Assembly: GCA_965655095.1 (NCBI GenBank) | Contig: OZ296650.1 | Coordinates: 35,154,001 to 35,218,000, forward strand | Length of the DNA stretch: 64,000 nt | Reading direction: 5' to 3' | Origin: Haplodiscus bocki | Taxonomy: Eukaryota | In this document: positions 14,460 through 27,279 of the stretch, in pieces | Layout: every line of letters starts with the position of its first letter | How positions within the stretch are numbered: position 1 is the first letter of the stretch | The notes under the pieces: generated by a model | What the model saw: only the letters and a program-made list of their open reading frames with translations | What the model was told of the DNA's origin: nothing | Databases searched by the model: none | Translations under genes and position numbers: made by a program

Positions 14460-15030
14460 CTCCTTGTTGGACGTTACAAACGGGCTGATTATCCATAATT
14501 TTATCAACCACAGATCTCATTACCTCGCGCAGACATTAAAATTCATCAACTTCTAATTTTCAGAACACAGTTTGTTGAAGTATCTAAACCTCTATCTTGT
14601 CTGCAACGAATCGGACGTGAGCACATGAACTATCTGGCTTGTCCACTTTGTACCGCAGCATAGTCAAACACATCTATCAGTTTGGACGATCCCAAACGTC
14701 CACCATCCTGTGAGCCAGTTTGAGTAGTTCATCCATGTGTTCGGACAATGTTATTTTCTGCAGAGGAGACAATTTTTGCTCTCTGCCAAAAATTATTGTT
14801 GCCATAACTAGCTGATTCCTCAATCGCACGAATTGGTCGAAAGCTGAATCTCCCACTGTAACATTTTGTACCAGTCGAAACTCTTCGTTGTCACCTTCTT
14901 GAAAACAATGCGTTTCACATCCAAGTTGTTGGATTCAATTTCGGCCCAAGAAGTTCCCTATATCTGTCGTGACATTCTCCAAAATCCACAGAGTTGGTTC
15001 GAGTTGACTTGCCTAGACCGCTGGTAGCTA
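14460..15030 (-). pseudogene. Decayed small ORF, probably a Polinton accessory gene (possibly PC4-like ssDNA-binding)
   Basis: Manual translation across frameshifts reads as protein: VDFGECHDR..SWAEIESNNLDVKRIVFK/EGDNEEFRLVQNVTVGDSAFDQFVRLRNQL..LLKLAHRMVDVWDRP..LTMLRYKVDKPDSSCAHVRF. It lies upstream of and divergent from the PolB relic. The family call is pattern recognition only. Confidence 0.35.
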
Positions 15031-15979
15031 AAGGAAGTGGTTCAATTCTGGGAATGATATACTAAGAAAGATTTTGGAGCAGCAAATGGGTGCTTGTATA
15101 CGTTTTTTTGTGGCTATTGTCACGTGATGTTTTCGTATAAAGAATTTCTTTCTTTTTTGGTCCTTGTCACATGATTTTTCTACATATGGAAAGTTTGGAG
15201 TTTTTGCACTTTTGTACAAAAAGTAGTGCAAACTTGTTCTTAGAATCATTTGTACAGAAAGTTTTTTTTCATTTTTCTCGGAGACCATTCTGCATTTTTC
15301 TACAATCTCCTATGAAAAATACATTGTGAGTAAAGCAAACTGTATTGTTCGCCAAGATGACTTGATGTACATTGTTTCTTATTTCAAAAATACTGTTTTA
15401 CTGCTGATTTACTTTAAAGAGTTGCTACATAAACTGCACGCACTATTCTTTATGTATCAACAATTGTATTGTCTCTACACACAACTCAAGTTTCGGTTCA
15501 ATGAAGAAATTGTCGCCAAGATTGTATAAACATTTGGAAATGTGTATAGGGCAGTTCACTTCAACCAGCAAAACACAGAAAGAAAGACAGAGTGCCTAGC
15601 ATTGCAAAGAAGAGATTCCGGAAAAAACGATGTCTTTTTTGGGCCCTTTGGAAAGACAAAATCAACGCAACCGAGTGGTACAGTGTTTGTAAATAGAATT
15701 GAGCCAGCCAAAAAGAACAAAATTGATCTGGAGTTATTGAAAATTGAAAATTGTAAATTGTTTTTTGAATGGTAAGCGTTAATATTTCAAAAAAATAGTA
15801 ACTTCTTTTTTGAAATTCTTCTGAACGGACCAATTCTTCAACCCATACAAGCCTGTAAATGTCAATTGATAGTGCAAATGAAAGAACCATCACACCCACG
15901 ATTAGTCTTACAACAAAAGAAAGACCAACGAAAAACCAATCAATTCCACCGATCGTCAGAAACAATAAATGAACACTTC

Positions 15980-16415
15980 TTGCGTTCAGATTTCAATTGT
16001 ATACACTTTTGTGCTATAGTCTGACAATTTGAAAACCAGATTTCTAATCATAAAATCTATATCGCTGCAGATTTTGAAATACTTTTTTGAAAGGTGTCAG
16101 GTATTGAAAAGCGAATTTTGCATTGCTTGACATTTGTAAGCAAAAGTTTCAAAAAGTGTAATATTCGGGTTAAAACTACCGCAAGGCGTCAGATTTTGGT
16201 GTAAATTTAGTTGAAAAATAAAAAAAATTTGAAAAAATCAGGCTGTGAAGAAAATTTTGCATTCAAAAAATCACGTTTTGAACCATTTTTATTCTCAGAG
16301 TTGACAAAATTGTGCGCTTTTTTGTTCTTCTTGAAAAAGTATAATTTTGAAGCAAATATTTTTTGCAATGAATTAATTTTGGAAATGAAGTTTTGGCAAC
16401 GTGTCAGATTTTAAA
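15980..16415. repeat. Degenerate ~30-bp minisatellite
   Basis: (GT)CAGATTTT(GAA)-like cores recur at ~15986, 16036, 16067, 16096, 16188, 16237, 16295 and 16403. Confidence 0.45.
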
Positions 16416-18449
16416 ACAACTTGGTGAGTTTCAATGTAAATTTTTAACCTAAATCCACCACATATACTTTTCACAACAATGTCCTCTCTTCAATCAAGAG
16501 CAACTGGAACCTATAGTATCCTCGTTATTGAAACTATAGCATTCATCGTACAAATTAAGTTCCTGTACACATCTTCACAAAGAGTTTCACTTCTGATTCA
16601 AGTGTGTTGTCCCACTTCCATCTCTGTAGAATTTTGATATTTGCCAAAACTAGTTGCTACTGGTAGGAGCAAGAACGAAGGAACTAGGACTACTTTTGTC
16701 GCAGACATTTCCAGTAGTTTTTGAAAATGAACATTATGAATTGAAATACATTAAATAATTGTTTTTATAAAATCACTTATTCAACAAAAATAATAATTCA
16801 AACATTTTTCCAAACACATAATTAGGGACGTCTTATATTCGCTTTCCAAAAAAACGGTTTCTTAACAACCTAGGCGACACATTGGGTTGCTGAAAGACTA
16901 TGGTTGTTGAAGGAGGAGGAAAGTTCCCCTTGTCTTACTCCTCGTCAATCAGAATCGGGTTTTTCATCCCTTGAACCCATCTCAAGAGCGTCAAAAAATG
17001 AAGAGGAAGTTTAATGTCTAAGCTTGGTCGAAAATTTGAATTCGTTTTCAAATCAAGATCCTCCCAGTGAACTTCAATGTCTTGAGATCGCACACCTGAT
17101 ACGCGCTTGTGTCCATGTCGTGTGCGCCTACACTCAAATGTACTTCGCCCGCGTCTCCAAAGTTCCTTGCTGGTTTGGGGTGATTGGGTCTTGAGCCAAA
17201 TGATTGCTCAGAGAGTTTTGTCTCTGCTGTAGTCGTAAGTTCCACACAGCAGGAGGTTTTTCTTCTGAGCTGATTGTCATTTCATCTAAAAGATCTGTTA
17301 CTGTCAAAATTACAGAGTCTGCACGATAGTCAAGAACCCACTGGAGATCGTCACTTCAAATTGAGAAAGAATTTTGCTTGAACGTAGGTTATATTAGTAC
17401 AAGTGTTTTTCAAAAAATGAAAGTTTTGCTCATTTCATCAGCTAAAGAGAGCTGGACACGTTCTTGCCAAAGGTGTATTGATTTCTGCCGCCTTTGATAC
17501 AATTTCAACAAATTGTGATTAACGGGGATACTTTTGTTGCAACTGGAACGGCTTTTTTGGTTCGCTGTCATGAAATGACGTTTCGGCGAAACAGTATGTC
17601 CATTCATCGCTAAACATCATATCTGTCCGTTTGTGGTTTCCGAAACGAAAATTCAGAACATGGCCCCATGATCTTCACTGCAGACATTCGTAACAAATTT
17701 GCCAGTTTTGTTTCAATGTATGGACATAGACACACTTTTGATTTGTAAAGTACCTGCCAGGACAACACAAAGTTCCAATTGAACATTGAATTGATTTTGG
17801 TGTCTCTACAGAGGTACAAATTCACTGATTACACAGCGAGAAAAACTAACTTCTTTGTTCCTCAAGGAAAATAGGGCAGACTCGACATAGGGGCCAGCAT
17901 GGAAGACATTGATGATAACTTAAGTCAAGTGATTAAAAGGTTTTTATGTGCAGGCATAAAACAACAATGTGCAGGCGTGATAACAAAAACATAACGCTGC
18001 TATGTCTCCATTTTGCAAAATCGAAAAACTTTGATTTCGAAAAATTTTTCGTTGAAACCTTTTTAACTCCTGCTATTTGGTGCTAGGACTGTGAAATGTC
18101 AATAAAAATTTGTTAAAAACAGCTATTTATGTCCGTTCGGTCCGGAAGTTCCTCTGGTTTTCCCTAAAAGTGAATACAATTTGCATGATCTTGGAAAATG
18201 TGTTTTGACAGAAATCAACTGCTTTTAGCCAGTAAATTTGCAAAATGGTTTCATCAGCGGTGTAGTCGTGAAAGTGATGCCGTTGGTTGATGACTTCGAC
18301 CATCAGCGCTGGCAACGCTTTTCCTCGGACCAATTACTTTTAAACATCTTGCTCTCGAATACGAAACTTTGGTATAGTGGTTAAAAACTTAATAGGTTGA
18401 CTAGGTCAATGGAAGAGCCTACATCAAAAGTTCCTTGAATCGGAAGTTT

Positions 18450-21400
18450 TTAACCTCTACAATACGCTACTTCTGTGAAAACTTAAATTTTTGCTCTTTT
18501 GATGGAATTTCTTTCGGTTGACGGTTGTTGACGGAAGTAAACAAGACAGATAACTTTCTCAGACAATCTATCTCCTACCGGAGGAATTTGTTCCATTGGA
18601 GCAGTTTTTCGAGGTGTTTCTGTGGAAGATATGGCAACAATGAAAGCAATACTTCTAGCAGTTAATTTGCTGTGCTACGTTGACTTTGTTGACGGATCTC
18701 TCTTTGGCAAGCTTGCAAAAAGAAGTGTAGGGATACTTTCTGATATTCAACGATTTTTACATAACAACAGGTGCAATTGCTTTGTCTCTGAAATCAACGC
18801 CTTTTTCAAAGCCTATCGTTGTCCTTCGTGTGTGTTCGATTCATCAAAGGTACTCTGAACCTGGAGCGGCATTTGAAAATCTGCAAAAAGGTCAAACATT
18901 TTTTCCCGAAGAACATTTAAAAACTGCCAGAAACACTGTTTGACAAACTAAACTCGTTTCGTATCCCCTAGACTGATAATCAAAAGCTCCTCAGAAACTG
19001 CGCAAAACTTGAGTTCGAATTAATTTATGTACATGAGTACTAATTCGTCGTTACGGATACTGCAACTTGGATCGGCAAGCATGTTCCCATTTTGGTATCA
19101 CTTTCATCTACCATGATTGAAAAATCAATCTTTCTATGCAAATCCCGTTTAAAAGTTTCGTTTGAGTCAGTTGTTGATGATTCGAGGGGTCAGCAACACG
19201 AGGCAAAGCTTAGATGAAACTTAATTTAATCGCTGTGAGTGTGAGTTCATTGCAGAGAATAAACTTAATCATATAAACTCCACGCATAATTGACGGCTCT
19301 GTCAAAAGGAACCAGTATTGGAAATTAAAAGCATATTTATTGAAGAGAAGAACAGAATGCATCCACACATTTTTCTTAACCACAAAACAATCAGGTGATT
19401 GACTTGCCAGGTCACTTGCAAAGATAATGCAAAGTTCCTGCTGTATTTGGCATCAACAGGGCGAAACAAGACTTTAATTTAAAAAAGAGTTTTTTGCTGC
19501 CATTCCGCATGAATGGGCAAGGGATCGAACAAATTGTGATCAAGAAAACAAATTGATCTGTATTTTTCAGGTGCGGAGATCAATTGATCAATTGCTAGAG
19601 GAATTGAACTTTTTTGGAGGAGATATGAGTGTCGATTTTTTCCTTAAAACCCACAAGACTTCAAAAACATAAAGTTTGGTTCCATATGATTGGCTCGACA
19701 ATCCAGAGAAGGCCAACAAACTTCAACTTCCTCCCTGTCAACATTTTTTCAGGAAACTGCAAAACAAAAACCCCTCTGAAAAAAAATTGTCAGATCTTAT
19801 AGGCTCGGCAGTTGGAGCTATAACATCGAAAAAAGCATTTTCGCAATTGAAAGTAAATCGAGCACTTTCAACTGGACAAAACAACCATCAATGGTTGATC
19901 AATATAGGAGAACAAGAAAACATGTGAACTTTCAAAGAAAGTTTGCGCTGGCAGAACAAAACAGACATTGCTCCAACGTTTCAGACTCCACAGACGGTAG
20001 TTGATTTTTATTTCACAATAAAGGGACTGACATGTTAAAAATGGTTGAAAACTGCCAATTTATGCAAAGGTTTGATTTCACAGGTCAACTACAGCAAAGT
20101 TGTTTACTTTTGCAGAAAGCGACCAAGAATTGTTGGAAAAAACACGCCACAACGTGGTTGGTGGACCGTCCAATGTATTTAGAGTCAAAGCTGTTGTGTA
20201 CGAGACTGTTATTTGTGATTCAACAAACTGTTACAAAGCAATTGATGGAATTGATGCGAGTCAGCTTTCTCCTTATTTTAAGCGTCAAGCGATGTCTACC
20301 ATTCTCTACACAACATGGAAGCTGCCTCTTAATCTGGCAAGTTTAAAACGCGTCAAAACATGGCCGAAAGTTTTGAAAACATAGTTTTGTTAACCTTTCA
20401 AAGGGTCAGACCACAGTGTAGTGTGGAACAATTTTACACGAAAGGCACACAAACAGAGTATGAGGCTTGTAGCGTTGACAGCTCTTTTGGATACCGCAAC
20501 ATTCTGTTTGAAACAATGGTATGTTTTTATCAATATTGTCCACGTCAGGTCACTTGTCCTTCTTTAACTGACGATTAAATTCAGCTGAGCGTTAAAAAAG
20601 AAAGCAAGTCGATCTATATTATTATTACTTGTCGAGAACGGTGTTGTGACGTAATGGACATGTACGAATGTGATTGGTGGAAATCATTAAGGATGAATAA
20701 TACTTTTAAGTAGCATCGACGTGAATTTTTAGCCTATTGTATGCTCCTCAGAGAAGAAAGGTTTTTCAAAGAAATCAAAATTGGAAGTCCGTTTTATTAT
20801 GTTCAATGCAACGTCGAAATGCCAGAGAACCTCTGAAAATTTCGCCAACCTCACACCATTACTCAGAAACTCAGAAACGTTGATTTTGCTACGGATGACA
20901 CTGGTCTGCTTTTGAAACAATATTCCGAGAAGGGAGGACTTTTGTCTCAACCTTTGAAAATGCATATATCGAATTTTTTCATGGAGCGGGGAACAATCAT
21001 TACACCGATGCTGCCTTTTATTTGGATTTGAGAATGGTCTGCGCTAAAATTCTTGGGATTTTGGAGTACATTCTAACGAAGTGCTTCAGTTACTTTTGGT
21101 CACTCTGCTGTGAACGCTAGAAGAAAGGGCGGTTAGAATCCTATATCTAGTGTTGCGGCTGAGGCAATGAAGTTACTATCGAAGTTTTTGTTTGCTTACC
21201 AGATTATGAACGGGGTGCGATTCACAGTGTAACAAAGTATGTCATGGACAAAAAGCGCTTGAAGCAATCAATAACAATCACTTTAAGCGCTGGGGTTATA
21301 TACACGATTAATTGTATGAAGCATAGCTTGTAAAATCAGAAATGGAACACAGAGAATGGAAAATCGTCAGTTTTTTCTTTGTGCAGTATGCAAAGTTTAA

Positions 21401-21950
21401 ACTGCTAGAGCTTCATTAAAGTTTTATGAAAAGTTTCGGCACCATCATCCGAGCCAGATTTTTACTATTGCAGCCAACCAGCAATGAAAAAATAATGGGG
21501 TTCCTTGAAAACCGGAGGCTGTGCGGATGATTTTTCAGCAGAATCAGAAACAATCTAGCAAATTTTTGCCTAGTATTTGCTCCAAAGAACATAGAGAACA
21601 CAGTAAACGAGAACCTGGACTGTTTGAAGAAGAATTCCATTGCATAGAAACGATCTTTTCGTGTAGCAAAACTCGATAGTGCTGTGACCCTGGGCCAAAA
21701 CAATATAATTTTAGTTGCAAAATGTTGAACAAAAGAACTCTCGAAGACTGTGGAGCTGGTGCTATGTCCAAGTAAAGGAAAGTACGGGAAAAGATTGCTA
21801 CCTTAACATCTTTTCGAAAGCGGTTTTCGCACAATACAACGCACATAACGACATGCTGTTGCCACATATGTGCAAACAAAGAGAAGATTGTCAAACTTCT
21901 GTCCGAAAATGAATGTTCAGCAAGATAGACTACATACTCTTCTCCTTAAT
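18450..21950 (+). pseudogene. Protein-primed DNA polymerase B relic of a Polinton/Maverick
   Basis: Motifs occur in the expected order across many stops and frameshifts: YRCPSC..NLERHLKIC (Zn-finger-like), PAVFGINRAKQDFNL (ExoII), VPYDWLDNPEK..LPP, VGGPSNVF...GIDASQLSPY (motif A), MYECDWWK, AMKLLSKFLFAYQIM (motif B), KREPGLFEEEF, and C-terminal VQQDRLHTLLL. Confidence 0.85.
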
Positions 21951-22599
21951 ATAAAAACATCATTAGTTCAATATATTGCTTCGATGTTTGTGAGTTACAA
22001 CTAGTCAACGTTTCGCCGTTTTAATAATCTGAAATCAACTTCTCTCCGTTTCAATACCTCATTCTTACATAACATTTAGTCGCAACAGTATTTTCTGATG
22101 TGATAAATAACCGCAAACGTCAAAAAGTATCCGCAGGCAATGAAATTAGTCAACAGCGTAATAATTATCCTCGGCGCCGTGCAAAAAAGCGGTCCGAACT
22201 TTTCCGCGAAAAAGTCTCACAATGCCAAAAACGAAAAACATACAAGCTCGCCTGTTCACCAAACTCGGAGGGGCTTTTATGTTATTACTTTGAGTGGGGT
22301 CATTTTTTGTATATTACTTATCTTTATACATTGAGTGGAATCCCTATCAATATACAGTGCCTATCCTATTGCCACGAATCGGACACACTATCTCATCACA
22401 TTATTGAACTATAGCTCATCTGAATACATTGAGGCAGCCACACAATCCATCAATAAATTGCCGAACTAGACCCAATCTAAAAACTTAAGTGGGAGACTGA
22501 ACTCAAGATCCAGGGTCTCTCGGCTATCTTAATACATGGGAGGATCTTCCATCCCTCCCAACCTAATGGACTCACTCTCTTACTATTCGCCACTTTTAC

Positions 22600-24800
22600 T
22601 ATTGACTAAAAGATTGGCAGCAGAGTTTTTCGAGAGAACAAAATCTGTAACTCTGGCACCGCTGGGGTTTTCTTCTGCAATTTTTGAGTCATCAACTTGA
22701 CCCTATGGTAAAAGTGTGGTAAACGTTGATGCAAAGAAGGTGTTAATAGGTTCAGCATTATCGGAGTCGTTAGTTTTTGGGTTTGACTGGTAGAGGAGTT
22801 GGTGGGGAATATTTGAGTTTGTTTTGAAGAGCTTCATGAACCTATGGACCTGGTTAACGTTTTTCGCAAGGAAGCAATCAAATAAAACGGCTTTTTTCCA
22901 CACGACGCATTCGGTGAAAGCATGTGCTAGTGAAGCAAATTTCTCATCTTTTCTTCTCAAAGTGGAACGATGGTTCTTGGCCAGACGAAAACAATGAGAC
23001 GAGTAGTACCAAGGTAATTCATAACGTCTTTTTATTTTTTTTGCAGCTCTGTTTCACAAAATTGAGGATAAAATAGTTCCTATCAATTTACCAGTTGTTG
23101 TGATATCAATCGAATATCAGAACAAATCATTGGCAGGACCCGAGAGAACTGTAAAACAAATTTTGTCGGCCAAAAAATGAAATTAGACTGAAGTTGAGAA
23201 GTTTGAAGAACTTTCAACGCGTTTTACATCAACGTTTATGTATACTGGATGTTATTCAGGAACTGGTTTGTCAAGAACAAACATTTTTTTTGAGGTTGCT
23301 GTCAGGTAGCAACTATTCCTAGTATACAACCGTTAATGCGTGTGAGTTTGCGAACAAGCAGTTTGACATTTGACTCCTGAATACAATCAGGGTTAATTTT
23401 TGTTTCCATATAAGTGATAAATTGTCCTTCTCGATCTCTGGGTAGTTAAGGTCCCAACAATTGAAATTTTGCTTTTTTCAACCACTATTCCAAGTTGCTT
23501 CCCTTCTGCCTGAACTAAATTAAAGGTTTCGATAATATTCTCGCAGAGCATGTTTTCATTGTTGCATTTAGCTGAAACTTAGGCCGGATTGTAATACAGT
23601 ATGAAGAAAACGGTTGATGTTAGCGTATCACCATTTATTGGAAAGGAAGCACCAAATTCACATATACGCTGGTTCGTAGATGTTTTACCCGAAACTATTG
23701 TTCAACTGTTGGGTCCAGTTTCCGTGTCCGATCTGCTCAACAGGGACATGTTCTTCAATGGAAAGATTTCTTTGTTACCAAGTTTAGAAGTGAGCCATGT
23801 TTCACCTAAGAAGGCTGGCTGGTGACCTTGAATGTGATTTAGTAATTTGATGAGTTTGTGGTTTGAGAATTGGATTTGTACATTGGAAAGCTGTGTTGTA
23901 AAAAATGAAAGTGGATCAGTTTCGATTGTCCTGGCATCTATTTGAGGAGCGTAGATACCATTAGTGAGATCAAGTTTTCAATTGCGAAGGTAAATTGTTT
24001 TTGGCTTTAATTGAATGGCTGTTTACTGTCGGTTCTCTTTTGGGGTCACTTTTCGCTAAAGCAATCTCGGTCCTTAACTTAGGAAGCTTTTGTGGTTCAA
24101 ACTGATCGAAAGTGGATGAGAAACGTGATACAAAGCTGGGAATCAAAAATACTGGATTGCATATTGCTTGAGTTTGACCAGCAATTTCTGATATCCCATT
24201 CACTTTTTTGGCGGAAATATACTGTTGAAGGTCTTTTGTTTCTTGAAATTGCGCTTCTTAACTCATCAGGCGTTTTGTTGTCGAGGTTTTTTGAATCAAG
24301 CGGGACGCATCTGTTCGATGCCGAAAAAAATGTAGGTGGTAGTCTTCTCAAGACAGAAAACCATGTCAGTAAACAGGTTACCATCAGAGTGATTTTGTTC
24401 GTTTACCTTTACAGGTTCATGTTCAGTTATGCTATCAAAGTCTGTCTCAAGTTTGTGGTTGTTAGAGGTCACTGAAGAAGTATCACAATTTGACACGTGG
24501 ACTTGTTTTACCCAATACGTCTGCATATGGTCCTGACTGACTATACATGGCATTCAAACAACCTACGACATCTTTCTTCAGACAATGCACTCCACTTGCA
24601 GTCGAAGCTGACTGGATGAAGTTCGGCAGCAAGATTTCAGCGAAAACATTTGTAAAACACAGATTTGTGAGAGGGCACTCGGTACTTCATAGCACTTTTC
24701 TGTCCTTCCTTTCCCTGTATGGCATTGAATGCCGCCAAGTCGTTACAAAAAGATTCTTGGTTGAATGCATTGAAGTATCGAAATTTTTTAGATCTTCTGA
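22600..24800 (-). mobile_element. Decayed CR1/L2-group LINE fragment (ORF1 remnant, APE endonuclease, linker; RT missing)
   Basis: Minus strand reads FLGETWL...LSRSD (APE) near 23720-23820 and AEPINTFFASTF (conserved pre-RT motif, ORF 22703-22960). ORF 24097-24384 resembles the RRM-like ORF1 end. Boundaries are approximate. Confidence 0.65.
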
Positions 24801-25849
24801 TTAGTATTCGGGCCAAAAAACTCTGAATTTCCCCAGAAAACCGTATCCGACAAAACTTCTTTATTATCTAAACATTACTACATTCAGAGTGCTATTTTAT
24901 GATGCATGTCATCTGCAATGCCGGAACGATTAAACAATGTGTACAGTAGTGAATTCAAATGCTAATTTTGACACCGAGAAAAATTTTATACGTCGGAAAA
25001 AAAGTAGTACACCATGGGTTTTCCAAATTTCTCAAGACAATTCATTCAGTTGTGCAAACAAGGAAGGTGAAATAGGCTTGGTGACGGCCACTGGGTTGCC
25101 TTGCGAAGCAGGTTAGAGCTTTTGAGGATACCCTTGTTCTTAAGAAAAATGGCAGCCCAAATTATATTCTGGACGGGGAAGTATTTCTTCAAATTGCAAT
25201 CTGCCAGTTTCTACAAGGAATCTTCAAGGAGTTTATAAGGATGATATTGCCTCCGTTCTGTGCCTGACAAAAACCCCTAGTGTTCCATGACTGTTCGTGC
25301 GACACTGGCGTTGCGTAAAACTCTTCTACTCGAGGTTTCCCTGATTAACATCGGAGAAAACGCCCTTTTGGGAAGATTTTTCGTTTACAAATTCGTATAG
25401 AGCTTTCTAATGACGCAGTTGTCTTTTTTCACTGTTGCTCTGAAGCTGCTTTTGCCGTACGGTGGCTCGTTTTTGCCTCTTTTTCTGATGTTGTTTTTCA
25501 ACTAGTTTTTCAACTAGTTTTTTTCCCAAAAGTTGGGATTAGTACTTAAAAGAATCTGTGTTGTTGTCCCCATTGTTTGTTCTCTAGCTGATTTCTCTGA
25601 ATTTTGCCACAAGCTCGGATATTGCATCAGCATGTGGTCAGTGAGTTTTTAAGAACTTGGTTACCTCCGTAAGCTTTTTGTTAAGCACCATTCAGCTTTT
25701 GTTTTAATTTGTTTCTGAGTTGCTTTTGATGCTTCAAATCAGGATTGTTTGCCCATCCACTTAACACCAGTTTTTGTTTGAAATGGACCGCAATAGTTTG
25801 AAATGGTGTTCCAAACTAAATGTTTCTGGCTATCGGTCCGATGTTGATT

Positions 25850-26300
25850 CTCAATTGGCCTTAGCTGTAGATTGTGAGTTTAACGTTCAATACGGTGAAT
25901 TATTCCAATTGACATTCAGGGCTGGTACCTTCTCACAAGAAGATTGAAATCGAAAGGCCAAAGCTGCTTGGCGGTTTTGCCAAAGCAAAAACTAAGAAAA
26001 AAGAACACATGATTTAACAGCCAAGACACAGAAGAGCCTTATATTATGTTTGTGTAAGGTCAATCCTGCAATATAATTGCTCTACCTGAGTTCTAAACGA
26101 GACAACAATTAATCAATTGAATGATTGGCTTCCGCTAATTAAACTCATTTGACTTCTGTAAGTCTTGAAAGCCTGACCAACTCATCCTTTTCTTGAACCG
26201 AAAACCTGTAGACGAAATATATATCAGTGTTCCTGCGTTCGTGGTCGTCGGTATTCTAGATTGCTTTTCTGAAAAAGCGGTCTTTTATGCCATTGATGTT
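25850..26300 (+). mobile_element. Possible RTE-like LINE C-terminal fragment
   Basis: NRKAKAAWRF followed by ALYYVCVRSILQYNCST*VL resembles the post-RT thumb region of non-LTR elements; heavily decayed. Confidence 0.35.
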
Positions 26301-27279
26301 TTCATCTACCTTGAATTGATGATTTCGATAACCTGCACGACTCATCAGCGATTGATGAGGGATCTAATGAAACTTTAACCGGCAAAATTGTAGGCAAGGG
26401 GCTATCCATTATGAGTCAGGCAGCTAAAATATCTGTTATGAATTTGAAAGCCTGAATTGGAGCAAACGTGTGTTACTAGCCCCAATAATGTTAACTAGGA
26501 TTTACAACATGGAGTCCTTTTTGCTACTTCTCTGGACACTGACCTGGACGAACGGACTGGATCATGAATCCGACTGTGACTCCACACAATCCAGCTAACT
26601 TCTTTACTACTCTATTTTCTCAATATCTTTTTTGTTTCCTTCTTTACCGTACTATATTAGTAGCTGCTGCAATTTCACTTTATCATTCACTGAAAACATT
26701 GGACTAAAAGAACTGGGTTTTTGTAGACGAGCTCGTATATTCTTCCCCAGACCTGAACTTTGACACCAACATTGGTAACTTTTATTATGACTACCCATCG
26801 TCGCTTCACTCTAAAGTTGTCATATTGTGCTCGGGCACGATGTACTAAACATTTCTAATAAATCGCATCCGACAAAAAAGCAAAGAAGTAGTTGAACAAA
26901 TTGTCTCCACCATCAAAACACGATACACATAGCGTAGTCAATTGTCGAAGAGAGGGAGCGCATCTCTCAACTGTTATATCATCAGTGCCGCCAAAAGCAT
27001 TCACGAAGCTACACTCACCGAAAACAAAAAGTTACACCATTGAACTGAACTTGAAAATCGCTAAATCGGGGTTGTGCTCTTCAAGCAAATCTTCAATGCA
27101 AATCTTCAAAACAAGAGGAAGAAAAATACGAAAAACTGGGGAAAGGCGCGAAGCCAAAAAAAACACCGGCAAGATATTGTCAATCACGGTTAGGGTATGT
27201 TTTGGATTCCTCTGTCTAACGCTTTTTATCGAAACCATGTGTGCTTATTGAGTCTCTGGCTCTGAAACCCCAACCAAAA

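Noticed and set aside
15561-15965. Hydrophobic 134-aa ORF resembling a membrane protein (also 63219-63563)
   Set aside because: Explained by T-rich low-complexity composition, with no domain or splice support.
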